Source of the DNA: Candidatus Obscuribacterales bacterium
Lineage (GTDB): Bacteria; Cyanobacteriota; Vampirovibrionia; Obscuribacterales; Obscuribacteraceae
Assembly: GCA_036703785.1 (NCBI GenBank)
Contig: DATNQY010000219.1
Span: forward strand, 9,908-73,907
Length of the DNA: 64,000 bases
Reading direction: 5' to 3'
The notes below the pieces were generated by a model. The model was not told the DNA's origin and did no database searches. It saw only the letters and a program-made list of their open reading frames with translations. Within the stretch, counting starts at the first letter, position 1; every line of letters starts with the position of its first letter. A program made the translations under genes and the position numbers. Shown one piece after another: positions 38,114 through 47,466 of the stretch.

Positions 38114-38233
38114 TTATACGTTGCGCATATCGGGGAAGAAAATTGTTTTCAGCATGAGCCCGAACAGTTCGCCAATAGCTAATCCGGCTGCCAGCGGTGT
38201 AAGCAACAGAATCAATTGAAAAGTCTCAAGCAT
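38114..38233 (-). CDS. 39-aa hydrophobic peptide (not in ORF track)
   Basis: GGGAGG RBS lies 6 nt before the ATG. MLETFQLILLLTPLAAGLAIGELFGLMLKTIFFPDMRNV. Confidence 0.35.
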   Translation of the reverse strand: MLETFQLILLLTPLAAGLAIGELFGLMLKTIFFPDMRNV

Positions 38234-38319
38234 GGATCGCCTCCCGGCAGTGGTGGGGTCGGCTGCCGCCTTATTCGAAACACCTGGGAGGGAGTCGAAG
38301 ATCGGCGGCAGCCTAGTTC

Positions 38320-39111
38320 TTAGATCGCGATCTTCCAGGGATCAGGCTGTCCTGCAGGTGGCGGCGCCAGATCCGACGGCGGCGCGAAACTGCCAAAGAC
38401 AGCATCGGGCGAAGCCTCCGGTACCAGGCGCGGCCCTTGGCGAACCAGCAGGACTTGATCGAACGACAACAACACTTTCTTGTGTATGTTGCCCTCCCAG
38501 TAGCAGTGTCCGAACACGCGCACGGTGCAGCCGTCCCAAATTTCGCTAGGATGGCACGGGATCAAAACGCGCTGAGAAGCGTCAAGCAAAGTCTCGCCTC
38601 TTGCTACGCGCTTCACGTTCTCTTCTTGAACGCGCTGAGCGTCAGCCGAGTTTGCCGGGTCAGTGAAGCGGACGACTTTCGGTGCCGCCTCAGCCACCTT
38701 ACGATCGTACTCAGCGCGAACGGTCGGGTTAGTCAGGTCCGCGCCTTCCATCTTTAATGACTTCAGCGACAAGGTCTTGCTCATGCTGAGCACGTACTTA
38801 CCATGAGCGTAGCCATAGAGACTCGGGTTCCTGCCTGGCATTTCTTCCAGCTTACGCAAGATGCCGGTAGGTCCAAAGACAAAGCTTTGCCAGAGATTCG
38901 GGTTAGGCGCGTTAGCTTGCGCTACGCGGCTTACTGCGTCGATGATCGAATTGTTGGCAGTGAAAGCGTCAACCAGAGGGTCAAGCGACAATTCCAACGT
39001 ATAGGCTTTGCTGCCTGCGCGTTGTCCGTCCTTAGCTTGTCCGGGATGCAGAAGCGAGAAGTTGAGCAAGCCTTCAGCGGTTATGAAATCAGATTTTACT
39101 TTTGTGGCCAT
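38320..39111 (-). CDS. putative ssDNA-binding protein (T7 gp2.5 / DUF2815-like)
   Basis: Position is between the Cas4-like nuclease and the polymerase. The N-terminal pattern is FITAEGLLNFSLLHPGQ...KAYTLELSL. The call is mainly syntenic. Confidence 0.45.
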   Translation of the reverse strand: MATKVKSDFITAEGLLNFSLLHPGQAKDGQRAGSKAYTLELSLDPLVDAFTANNSIIDAVSRVAQANAPNPNLWQSFVFGPTGILRKLEEMPGRNPSLYGYAHGKYVLSMSKTLSLKSLKMEGADLTNPTVRAEYDRKVAEAAPKVVRFTDPANSADAQRVQEENVKRVARGETLLDASQRVLIPCHPSEIWDGCTVRVFGHCYWEGNIHKKVLLSFDQVLLVRQGPRLVPEASPDAVFGSFAPPSDLAPPPAGQPDPWKIAI

Positions 39112-39178
39112 GGTCTATCCTTTGTTGTTTGTTGTTTTAAAACGGGTCGCCAGTAGCATCCCAGTGGTGAGGGGTACG

Positions 39179-40405
39179 CTATGCAACCGCCGTGGCTGCA
39201 TCTTTCTTCTTTCGGGTACGCTTGGGTTTTGGCTCGTCCGACTTTGGGGCTTCCGGCTGTGCCTCCGCAGGCGTCGCCAAAGACTCGAACGGGCTGGCGG
39301 CAGATCCCGGCTTCAGTTTCTTTCCGGTACTGGGTCGGACGGTCGCCGGGAAGTCGACAGTTATGTTTTTCGCCTTCCAGACTTTCTCGAGTTGAGCAGG
39401 GCTGATTGTCGAGACTTTCGTAATGACGTATTCGTTTTCTTCGAGTCCGGCGACAGCGCAGACTAACTTAGTTTGATCTTCGTCCTGCCAGGCTCGATTA
39501 CCTTCGCCATCTTCCAAGTGAAATTCTGGAACTCCGGTCGGATCGAGTTTCAAGATCTCGACGGCGTCATTCTCTGCTGCCGTCAGCACGTCAATAATGT
39601 GTTTCTTCATGCTGAGTAGCTTAGACAGCCGTATACCGCGCGGTTGTTCTATCTGACCTTCAAGCAAGCCGGACCAGATGCCGGCGCTTTGCTCGTTTAT
39701 CCAGGCGGATCGGGCTTGGCAGGTCGACCGGATCGGACACCAGTAATCCATGCAGTGATCGCCTGGGATCTTGTCGTAAGGATTAGCTATAGCACGGTCA
39801 ATGGCTGCCTTGTAGATGGCTTCGTAAGCTGGCAGGTCGACCGCCGGCAGCGACCATTTACGAACGTGGATCTCGCCGTCACTGTCCGATTGAACGATGA
39901 CAAAATGCCAGTCCTTTAGCGTAGCGCGGACCATCGGATCTAGCTTGTTGTAGCGTGACACCGCGTAAAAAATCAGCTGATCGTTCTTTTCAGCGGACAC
40001 TAGCTGATTGCCTGACTTGTAATCTATCGTGATGCCGTCGCCAAAGAGTTTGAAGCCGTCAACGTCAGGCGTCCCGCCGGCTTCCGGGTAATCCGGATGG
40101 AAGTCCAGCATTTCTTCAATGTGGACGTCAGCCATAGTGAATCCCAACTCTGCCAAGACAGCTTTGATCTTCTGTCCGGCAGCGACAGCAATTTTGCATT
40201 CTTGCAAATCGCGCTCGGATAGCGTAAAGCCTTCGCTCGACAAGCTCGTAGTCAGGTATCTTTCGAGCCAAGAATGGATGCGTGTTCCGCGCTCGGCCGC
40301 TTCGCCTGGTGGCGACGGGTTTTCTTCTCTCGCCTTCCAGCTACCGGGGCACAGCAAACCAAGTGGTATTGTGCTGCCGCCAAATTTTTTATGTGTTTCT
40401 GCCAT
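39179..40405 (-). CDS. PD-(D/E)XK Cas4-like exonuclease (DUF2800-like)
   Basis: N-terminal Cys (LLCPGSW) plus the C-terminal cluster CMDYWCPIRSTC give the Cas4-type 4-Cys arrangement. Lys/Pro-rich tail. Confidence 0.6.
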   Translation of the reverse strand: MAETHKKFGGSTIPLGLLCPGSWKAREENPSPPGEAAERGTRIHSWLERYLTTSLSSEGFTLSERDLQECKIAVAAGQKIKAVLAELGFTMADVHIEEMLDFHPDYPEAGGTPDVDGFKLFGDGITIDYKSGNQLVSAEKNDQLIFYAVSRYNKLDPMVRATLKDWHFVIVQSDSDGEIHVRKWSLPAVDLPAYEAIYKAAIDRAIANPYDKIPGDHCMDYWCPIRSTCQARSAWINEQSAGIWSGLLEGQIEQPRGIRLSKLLSMKKHIIDVLTAAENDAVEILKLDPTGVPEFHLEDGEGNRAWQDEDQTKLVCAVAGLEENEYVITKVSTISPAQLEKVWKAKNITVDFPATVRPSTGKKLKPGSAASPFESLATPAEAQPEAPKSDEPKPKRTRKKKDAATAVA

Positions 40406-40419
40406 GATTGTTCTCCTGC

Positions 40420-41973
40420 TTAATCCCAGCGGTCGATAGTGTAGATAGCGGTGCCAAGAGCCGTCGTCACACGAATCTTGTTTGGCGCCTGTGTCTCTCC
40501 TACACGGATGCCATTGGCGGAAGCTTCTTCCCTGCCGGTAAGCTGACGAGAGCGGGAATAAGCTTCGAGAGTGGCGCGGATGCCGTGCAACTCTGACTTG
40601 AGAATTTCAGGGAACAGCCCTAAGCCAGCTTCTCGCGTATCCTTGCAGCCTTGCAGAATAAAGATCGCGCTCTTGCCTTGATGCTGATTCTTGTTCTCGT
40701 TGTCCCACATTGAAGGCTGCAGCGCCACGCCGGTAACGTCGATCCAGGCGCCTCGCTGCAATGACCAATGCTCAGGAGCCGACAGCCCTTGATACACATA
40801 CCAAGAGAAAGGATTATTCCATTGAAGGATCTGCGGCGCGTCGGCGTTTGTGGCCGTCACCAAGGCGCAGAAACTCATACGAGATTCCATAAAGATCTCA
40901 ATCTTCGTGGCGTTCGGCAGCACCGTCCGCGCGAATTTCTCCCAAGTGATCGCCTTGGCTGACATTGCCAGTGGCGCGGGCGTCACGTTGTTGTATGTTG
41001 GCAGGTGCCCAAACACGGTGCCGCGGGCCGGTTTTTCCGTAACGGGCGGTTTCCAGATAGTTTGAATCTCGTCGAGCCTGGCAAACCGCCGATGTAATGC
41101 CGGCTCGATTCCGAGTTGAGCCACAAGCTTTTCAGCTTGCTCGATATTGCCAGCTCGAGGCGCAGCTTGCGGACGTTGATACTGAAGCGGATTCATCTTG
41201 GAATTGAAACGGCGTTTCACTTCCTCGAAGCTAAGACCGGCTGCGATATCTTCCAATAGCGTACCGATCATAGTGCTGCGCGGCTGGCAGAATCCGACTG
41301 GCGCATGAGCAACGGCACGCCATATCAAATTTTCCCTGTTCTTCGCCGGGAGATCGTGCATTTGAAGCAGGAAGCGGACCGGACCTAAGACCTTTTCTGA
41401 ACGGTACAGCGCCTCTGCTTCAAGTAGCGTGGCTGCTTGCGCTACGATGTCGCGCCCGAAGTCTGCCAAGCCATGAAGCAACGTCCGGCGATCTTCGCGT
41501 TTGACTGCCCGCATCTGCCCGGGCGTCAGTGTCAGATGCTTGTGCGCTACTTTATCCGGCGGTGTTATAGCAAAGTGTGTCCAGCCGCCAGATAACGCCG
41601 TCCCCCATGCCTCGTCTTTAAACAACGCAACGCCGACGACCTTACCGCGGCGCACAGCTTCCGCCATTGCTTCGAATGTAGCGGCATAAAAGAAGTGAGT
41701 ATCGCCGGTCCAGATAGCGGACTCAAGCGTCCCGTCCTCTTTAATAGAAGCGAGACTGCCGAAAGTGCGAATGAATCTCTTGCAGCAATGGCAATTGTGT
41801 TCTTGGCGTTCATCCGGGAGCGTATTCAAATACACTTCCCAAAGATCCTCTTCCGTCTCAACTTCAAACAGCGCCGGACCGTTGCGCTTAATCACTTCAT
41901 TGAAGTGTTGTTGAATCGACGGCAGGATATCATCGAACGATGTCCTCGCGTGAATTGTGGTGCTCGTCTTCAT
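40420..41973 (-). CDS. conserved-looking protein of unknown function (517 aa)
   Basis: Strong GGGAGGGATT RBS. N-terminal HNCHCCKRFIR Cys/His motif. I recognise no catalytic motif. Confidence 0.65.
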   Translation of the reverse strand: MKTSTTIHARTSFDDILPSIQQHFNEVIKRNGPALFEVETEEDLWEVYLNTLPDERQEHNCHCCKRFIRTFGSLASIKEDGTLESAIWTGDTHFFYAATFEAMAEAVRRGKVVGVALFKDEAWGTALSGGWTHFAITPPDKVAHKHLTLTPGQMRAVKREDRRTLLHGLADFGRDIVAQAATLLEAEALYRSEKVLGPVRFLLQMHDLPAKNRENLIWRAVAHAPVGFCQPRSTMIGTLLEDIAAGLSFEEVKRRFNSKMNPLQYQRPQAAPRAGNIEQAEKLVAQLGIEPALHRRFARLDEIQTIWKPPVTEKPARGTVFGHLPTYNNVTPAPLAMSAKAITWEKFARTVLPNATKIEIFMESRMSFCALVTATNADAPQILQWNNPFSWYVYQGLSAPEHWSLQRGAWIDVTGVALQPSMWDNENKNQHQGKSAIFILQGCKDTREAGLGLFPEILKSELHGIRATLEAYSRSRQLTGREEASANGIRVGETQAPNKIRVTTALGTAIYTIDRWD

Positions 41974-42160
41974 AATCCCTCCCAGGAATTTTTAAATCGC
42001 GGGGGCTGACGGGTTTTCACCGTCCGGCGGTAGTACTACCCTCCGTGCTGTATTGGCTCCCATAAAGACTGCCTGTCGCCTGGACGTGCTCATCAACGTC
42101 GTCCTTAGGCGCCTTGTCGTTTCGAGCGACAGGCAGACCGGTCCAGTCGAGAAACGAAGA

Positions 42161-42430
42161 CTATTTAGCCTTCTTGTCCGCTTTCCCGCCCTTAATGGCT
42201 TCCGCTATGGCGTCTTCTTTCACTTCGGACTCCGGTAACTGGGAGCCTTGGAAGGTCAGAGTCTGCTTGCCGATCTTCACGGTAACGAACGTGTCGCCCT
42301 GAAGTTCGTCGGTCTTGCGCACAACGCCGTCCTCACCTTTCTTAAAAACCGGCGTCAAACCTCCCTCGTCGACACCGGTAACGGTGGCGGTCAGGGTCAA
42401 AGTGTCGCCTTTCTTGTGTCTGCCTTTCAT
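42161..42430 (-). CDS. hypothetical protein (89 aa)
   Basis: TAGGAGGAAAT RBS; Lys-rich C-terminus. Confidence 0.55.
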   Translation of the reverse strand: MKGRHKKGDTLTLTATVTGVDEGGLTPVFKKGEDGVVRKTDELQGDTFVTVKIGKQTLTFQGSQLPESEVKEDAIAEAIKGGKADKKAK

Positions 42431-42484
42431 GGTGGCATTTCCTCCTATAGTGTTTGTCTCGTACAGTTCGCACTTTTGCGAAAT

Positions 42485-42559
42485 TGGTAGCGGGAATCGG
42501 GATCGAACCGATGACCTAACGGATATGAACCGCTCGCTCTGCCTCTGAGCTATCCCGCA
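42485..42559 (-). tRNA. phage tRNA, anticodon CAT (Met or Ile2 type), CCA encoded
   Basis: Hand-folded cloverleaf: TGCGGGA TA GCTC AGAGGCA GAGC G AGCGG TTCATAT CCGTT AGGTC ATCGG TTCGATC CCGAT TCCCGCT A CCA. Position 1-72 is a U-U mismatch. Confidence 0.7.
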
Positions 42560-42599
42560 GTATTGCCCCAGATCCGCTGAGGCGCCGGGATCCGCCTTT

Positions 42600-42902
42600 C
42601 TAAACTGCGCCTTTGAATGTAATGGCTGTATTCACCAACATCCGGCAATCCGTCAGCGCGTTAAGCGCGCGTGTGCGTGTCGGGCACGGCGGCACCAAAG
42701 ACAAAATCTCTTTGTATGCGGCTGCCAATTTCTCGCGAATGGCTTGCCCCTCTTCGACCATGGCGGGCGTCCACGCATGGAACGTAAACAACTCGTCGAC
42801 GAGTTTGTCATCGTCCGGCGTTCCGACTGCGCGGTTCAGGTCCGCTAGTCCGGCCGACGGTTTGTACTCTTCTTTTGCGATTGTTTCAACAGCTTGAGAC
42901 AT
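42600..42902 (-). CDS. hypothetical protein (100 aa)
   Basis: Tracked ORF in the leftward operon. Confidence 0.5.
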   Translation of the reverse strand: MSQAVETIAKEEYKPSAGLADLNRAVGTPDDDKLVDELFTFHAWTPAMVEEGQAIREKLAAAYKEILSLVPPCPTRTRALNALTDCRMLVNTAITFKGAV

Positions 42903-42937
42903 TTTTCTTTCCTTTATAGAAGTAAGCAGGGACTTAA

Positions 42938-44776
42938 TTAGGCGGCTTGTCCAAGACGGGCTTGGAGACTCGCCACAAATTGGGGAAGCTGATCCTCGGT
43001 CAACATGCTCGGACGACTAGCGGTCTGATTGATCGCTCGGCAGAGTTTTTCCAACTCAGCCAACGCCGTCGCAGGTGCGCCGAATTTCTTGATCTCGTTG
43101 ATCAGCCACTCGTCAAACTGTTGACGGCTGGCGAATCCCATTGAAGCCAACGCGCCGCTAGCTACAGGTGCAGCAGGAGCCGGCTGGGCGGGTGCCGCAG
43201 CAATAGGCGCAGGCGCCGCAACTGGTGCAGGAGCCGGTACGGGGGCAGGTGTAGGCACCACAGGAGTCATTACCGGGGCCGCAGTAGGGACAACAGGTGC
43301 AACCGGGGTTGGCTGCACCACTTGCAAGTTTGGGGCTGCCGTCTCCGCTATAGCTTGAAGCGTTAGCGTTACCGCTTTCTCGATAAGCGGCGTCAAAAGG
43401 TCAAGCAACCTCTCAACTTTCATGGCGACGCGGGTTTGCGCGTCCATCTGAATTGCATTCGACATATGAGATGTTCCTCCATTTGGTTTCATCACGACGT
43501 CAATCACTTTCCGTTTCTTCTTGTTAGAAGAAACGATTACATCTTCAAAACTACGGGCAGCCCGTAGCTTATCGCAAATAACAGTTTTGTCTTGTCCGTA
43601 TCTAAGGACTCTGCCGCCGGCTTGTGTCTCCCTCCCTGGGCACCACTCCGGTTCAGCGTGGATGTAGTATCGCGTAGCGTATTGCAATCCGTCAAGCCCC
43701 TCCCCGCCGGACATGATTTGGAGCAAGAACACGCGCCTGTTTAGGTTTCGACGAAATTCCTCTACCGCCTGGTCCCGTAGCTTACGTGAAATTCCGCCAT
43801 AAATTTTCAGCGGATTGTACTTTGAAAGTAGTTTTTCTAGACCTTCCGTCACCTGACGGTGGTAAGTAATCACTACCAGTTTGTCGACACCGCCGGCTAG
43901 TTTTTCCTCGACGTACTGGGCGACGTATGGGACTTTTGCCTCGGCAACGATCCGGCGCATCATGGACTCATTCATGAAGTCTGCGCCAATCCATTCAGGA
44001 TGTTTTTCAAACGGAACGTCTAAATAGACTTCGTTCTCAACTACGTCAGGGCATTCCGGCCAGATGTCCGGTAAGCTACGACGGAGCATGACCGACTGAA
44101 GTGCCGCCGTCAGTTCAGGAACGTTGGACGCGCCTTTGCCCATGGCGGCAAGTCCGCCGCAATATCTTTGCTGGTACTTGTCCCAGGTGTCGTATTTGCC
44201 GAGAACTTCGGGGAAGTGAGTACGGAGAACGGCGTAGAGCTCTGCCGGTCGGTTCGGCATGAGCGTGGCTGATAATGCCCATTTCCAGTAGCAACGATTG
44301 GCAATGCCGTACTTGGCGTCATAGACCGCTTTCGTTTGTTTTGACGTGTGGGACTTGAGCCGGTGAACCTCGTCCTCAATTAGACAGTGCCAGGCACGCT
44401 CAAAGGCTTGTTTCCGGATCTCCGGTACTCGGATCAGCTCGTAGTTGATAATCAGCCACGGCGCGTCTGTGAGCTGGTAGTCCTCGCCATACGCTACCTG
44501 AATGTCCTCGTCGGCACATAATCCCCAACGAACCATTTCCCGGCGCCACTGTTCTTTTACGATACTCGGGCAGAGGATAATGCCGCCTTGGCAGTTCGCC
44601 CGCTTAGCGGCGTCGATCACCATGACGGTCTTGCCGCTGCCAGTGTCGTCGCCTAATAGCGCGTGAGGACGGCCAAAAGGCATCGACAAAAGAAAGTCGG
44701 AACCTTGCATTTGCAGTGGTTTTAGTGAAAGGTTCAATGCACTATTACCTTTGGGCGACAGTTTGGGCAGTCGCAA
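42938..44776 (-). CDS. SNF2-family helicase with Pro/Ala-rich linker and C-terminal extension
   Basis: Motif I LLGDDTGSGKT and motif II LIEDEVHRLK. The C-terminal 150 aa are a PAPVPAPAPV linker plus a small helical domain. The start may be Met-23 (44710). Confidence 0.75.
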   Translation of the reverse strand: MRLPKLSPKGNSALNLSLKPLQMQGSDFLLSMPFGRPHALLGDDTGSGKTVMVIDAAKRANCQGGIILCPSIVKEQWRREMVRWGLCADEDIQVAYGEDYQLTDAPWLIINYELIRVPEIRKQAFERAWHCLIEDEVHRLKSHTSKQTKAVYDAKYGIANRCYWKWALSATLMPNRPAELYAVLRTHFPEVLGKYDTWDKYQQRYCGGLAAMGKGASNVPELTAALQSVMLRRSLPDIWPECPDVVENEVYLDVPFEKHPEWIGADFMNESMMRRIVAEAKVPYVAQYVEEKLAGGVDKLVVITYHRQVTEGLEKLLSKYNPLKIYGGISRKLRDQAVEEFRRNLNRRVFLLQIMSGGEGLDGLQYATRYYIHAEPEWCPGRETQAGGRVLRYGQDKTVICDKLRAARSFEDVIVSSNKKKRKVIDVVMKPNGGTSHMSNAIQMDAQTRVAMKVERLLDLLTPLIEKAVTLTLQAIAETAAPNLQVVQPTPVAPVVPTAAPVMTPVVPTPAPVPAPAPVAAPAPIAAAPAQPAPAAPVASGALASMGFASRQQFDEWLINEIKKFGAPATALAELEKLCRAINQTASRPSMLTEDQLPQFVASLQARLGQAA

Positions 44777-44928
44777 GCCAGCTCGAGCAAAGTCTTCCGG
44801 TTAATGGGTAGCGGATACTTCCTGCCTTGTCCCAGCCACATATACTGAATGCCAGCGCGCACGGAGTCACAGACAGAGACTGTCAGCCAGCGTTTGTCTT
44901 CTGCCTTGACGATTATGTAGGTACACAT
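44734..44928 (-). CDS. hypothetical protein (64 aa)
   Basis: Tracked ORF overlapping its neighbours at both ends. Confidence 0.35.
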   Translation of the reverse strand: MCTYIIVKAEDKRWLTVSVCDSVRAGIQYMWLGQGRKYPLPINRKTLLELACDCPNCRPKVIVH

Positions 44929-45173
44929 TCAAAGCTACCTTGCCGCCACCAGCGGAAAAACTTGTCTACTTCTTTCTGAGCTATCGGAAACATTTCGCCG
45001 TTCCGCCAGCCGCATTTAGCCCAGCGGCTATGGTATTTTCGGCGGTGGCAGTCTTTTCCGTGCGGGATAAAGTGAATAGCTGCAGATCGCTTGCCGTCGC
45101 TGACTTGCCACATATAGACGTCCCAGTAGTCCATTCGCTGCAGGACTTGGCGTGTGAAGATTGTCTCTGTCAT
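44913..45173 (-). CDS. hypothetical Trp/Arg-rich protein (86 aa)
   Basis: Tracked ORF with an ATGA-type overlap with the methyltransferase stop. Confidence 0.45.
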   Translation of the reverse strand: MTETIFTRQVLQRMDYWDVYMWQVSDGKRSAAIHFIPHGKDCHRRKYHSRWAKCGWRNGEMFPIAQKEVDKFFRWWRQGSFECVPT

Positions 45174-45844
45174 AGGACAGCCCTCCAGGGATCTCTGATT
45201 ACGCCGTGGATATTTCCGTACCGTGGCGTACTGGGTTTGATTCCTGCCGGCGGCTCGAACTTAATTCGGTACGTCTTGCTGCCTGGCTTCTGGTTTGGGT
45301 TACGCCACGGTTTATGCTCGTATGGCAGGATTAGGTCGTACCATTCATGGTCAATGTTATCCGGCAAAAGAAACAGACTGTTAAAGCCGAAATGACTTTC
45401 AAAGATTGCTTTTTCAATTGCCAAAGTCATAATCGGCTGCGAGTATGGCGGCTGAAGCCAGCCGACAGTTCCCAGCTCATGCCACGGCTGGCTAAGCGCG
45501 TCATGCTCGATGGTCAGGAATCTCTCGCATTTCGTATTGTTGGCATCCGCAAATAGATCAATGTCTGGCGTAAGATTCCAGATCTCGCAGATGTTGTAGA
45601 ACACTTCCCACGGCGTAGCCCATTCATCTCGTCCGTCAGCTCGTTGTTTCGGCACGTCCTTTGTCTCAATTTCTTCTATGACGGCCTTCATGCCTTTGGC
45701 GCACAAATCCCAGCACATCCATGCATCTCTGACAAGCTCGCAGAAATTTAGGCGTCTGCAAACATCGCAGGTTTTGACCGGAGGCGAAGGTATGGTGTCT
45801 GTGCTCACAATAAATCCTCCCAGGTCAATTCCTTCCGACTCCAT
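45170..45844 (-). CDS. phage Dam-type DNA N6-adenine methyltransferase
   Basis: DEWATPWEVF...DIDLFADANNTKCERFLT...VGWLQPPYSQ shows the TP..., D-x-(F/A)A and (N/Q)PPY motifs in Dam (PF05869-like) order. Confidence 0.7.
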   Translation of the reverse strand: MESEGIDLGGFIVSTDTIPSPPVKTCDVCRRLNFCELVRDAWMCWDLCAKGMKAVIEEIETKDVPKQRADGRDEWATPWEVFYNICEIWNLTPDIDLFADANNTKCERFLTIEHDALSQPWHELGTVGWLQPPYSQPIMTLAIEKAIFESHFGFNSLFLLPDNIDHEWYDLILPYEHKPWRNPNQKPGSKTYRIKFEPPAGIKPSTPRYGNIHGVIRDPWRAVL

Positions 45845-47466
45845 TTCTTAGTGCTCTCGTTATAGGCGTATCCAAGGTCTTTGAGCGCTGCTCCCAGGCG
45901 GAGTCTTTGGCGCGAATTTACTTGGCTGCCACTGAACCCTAGGAAATAGAATGCCTGCGTGAGACTGAATCCACTTGGCGGCTGACTTCTCGCCCATTCG
46001 CCAAGCATGTCGCACCACGGGTCAGTTACCCTACGTGCTTCCTGTTCAGCTCGCGCTAACGCCAAAATTTCCAGATCGTCAATCCAAGATTTTTCGGACT
46101 GCCGATATCTGTAGACCGCTTCAGCAAAATATTGATCCCGGTCCCGCTTGAGCCGTTCAATGTCGAACGTGCCGGTTTTGATTGGCCACCACCGGCGGTT
46201 TTCGTCATCAGTCAAGTACTCGCAGCTCGCATTTGGGTTCATAGTGGCGACAAAGACCGATTCGCGCTTTACCGTCTGCACTGTACGAGCGTAGGACGGT
46301 CGGTAAGTGTCACTTCCCGTGCTGATGATCTTCTTTATCCAATCGTGCTCATGAGTTTTAAAAGTGCCAGTGATCTCCGGCAGTTCGATGAACCATTTCC
46401 CTCGCAGTACTTGATAGGTGTCTTTATCTCCCGGTATGAGCTCGCCAACCGAGTACCAATCGCCGCCTAGCGTCTCAACCCAAGTTGACTTCTTTTGCCC
46501 TTGTTTCGATTCAAGAATTAAGACGTAGTCTTGTTTGCAGCCTGGCTCGAATATCCGCTTGACGGCGGCGATCATCATGCACCTGCCGGCGGCGCGCGTA
46601 AAAGCGTTATCTTCGCAGCCGGTGGTATCAGGCAGAAAAGTGTCGAGCCGTTGGACGCCGTCCCAGACAAGACCGTTCAGGTAATCCCGTACCGGATGAT
46701 AAGACTCAGCGGCGATCTCGCAGGCAGCTTCCAGACGGTCGATCGATACTTCTAACGCTACGCTGTCACACGAGCTGAACCAAGCTTGCATAAAAGCGAA
46801 GTCGGTCTTAGTGAGCTGTTCGTCCTTATTCAGCTGGTCACGTCGCCAATCAGGACGACCAGGTATTTCGAGTCGGTCGGCAAACTGGTTATATTTGATT
46901 CTGCCTGCCCATTTGGGATCGTGTTTGAGGTAATAGACTACGTTCCCCTGAGTGTTCAGAGGCATCATGGATTTAGAATGAAGTTTTAAAGCCTTCTGAA
47001 AAACCGTGGCTTTTATTTCCCGGTGCGCGTCCATACTGACGACATTTGTTTTTATTTCCGTTCCGGCTGGTGGCGCCATGACTACAGGAAAGTGTGCCTC
47101 TGGTGTCTTGGAACCGGCGGCATTCTGCGCGTACTTGAAAGCGTGTTGAACCTTGCGCCATAAGTCGCCGTCGTTCCATGGCGGGCAGCAAAGCGGGTTC
47201 CATACTTCCGCCATTAATTGGTAGGCTGACTGTTCACTGGCTCCGTGATCCCGCAGTTTGCAGGCAAGACGGTAAGTCTGATCGTCACCGTTTTGACCTT
47301 CGACCGCCGGCGGCCAGGATTCACATATCCGCCGGCAGTCGTCCTCGGCAAAAATAGAAGTATCTGAGCCGGTCGCGGTTGGTTCCGCAACGACTTCCAA
47401 GGAAGCTAGAAACGCTGAATGAGCATCAGCCAAGGGTAATTTCCTCGTAAGCTTTGCCGTCGACAA
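45805..47466 (-). CDS. VirE-like primase-associated helicase (P-loop NTPase)
   Basis: Walker A in YVLILESKQGQKKSTWVETLG. N-terminal PriCT-like segment. Directly downstream of Prim-Pol. Confidence 0.7.
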   Translation of the reverse strand: MSTAKLTRKLPLADAHSAFLASLEVVAEPTATGSDTSIFAEDDCRRICESWPPAVEGQNGDDQTYRLACKLRDHGASEQSAYQLMAEVWNPLCCPPWNDGDLWRKVQHAFKYAQNAAGSKTPEAHFPVVMAPPAGTEIKTNVVSMDAHREIKATVFQKALKLHSKSMMPLNTQGNVVYYLKHDPKWAGRIKYNQFADRLEIPGRPDWRRDQLNKDEQLTKTDFAFMQAWFSSCDSVALEVSIDRLEAACEIAAESYHPVRDYLNGLVWDGVQRLDTFLPDTTGCEDNAFTRAAGRCMMIAAVKRIFEPGCKQDYVLILESKQGQKKSTWVETLGGDWYSVGELIPGDKDTYQVLRGKWFIELPEITGTFKTHEHDWIKKIISTGSDTYRPSYARTVQTVKRESVFVATMNPNASCEYLTDDENRRWWPIKTGTFDIERLKRDRDQYFAEAVYRYRQSEKSWIDDLEILALARAEQEARRVTDPWCDMLGEWARSQPPSGFSLTQAFYFLGFSGSQVNSRQRLRLGAALKDLGYAYNESTKKWSRKELTWEDLL

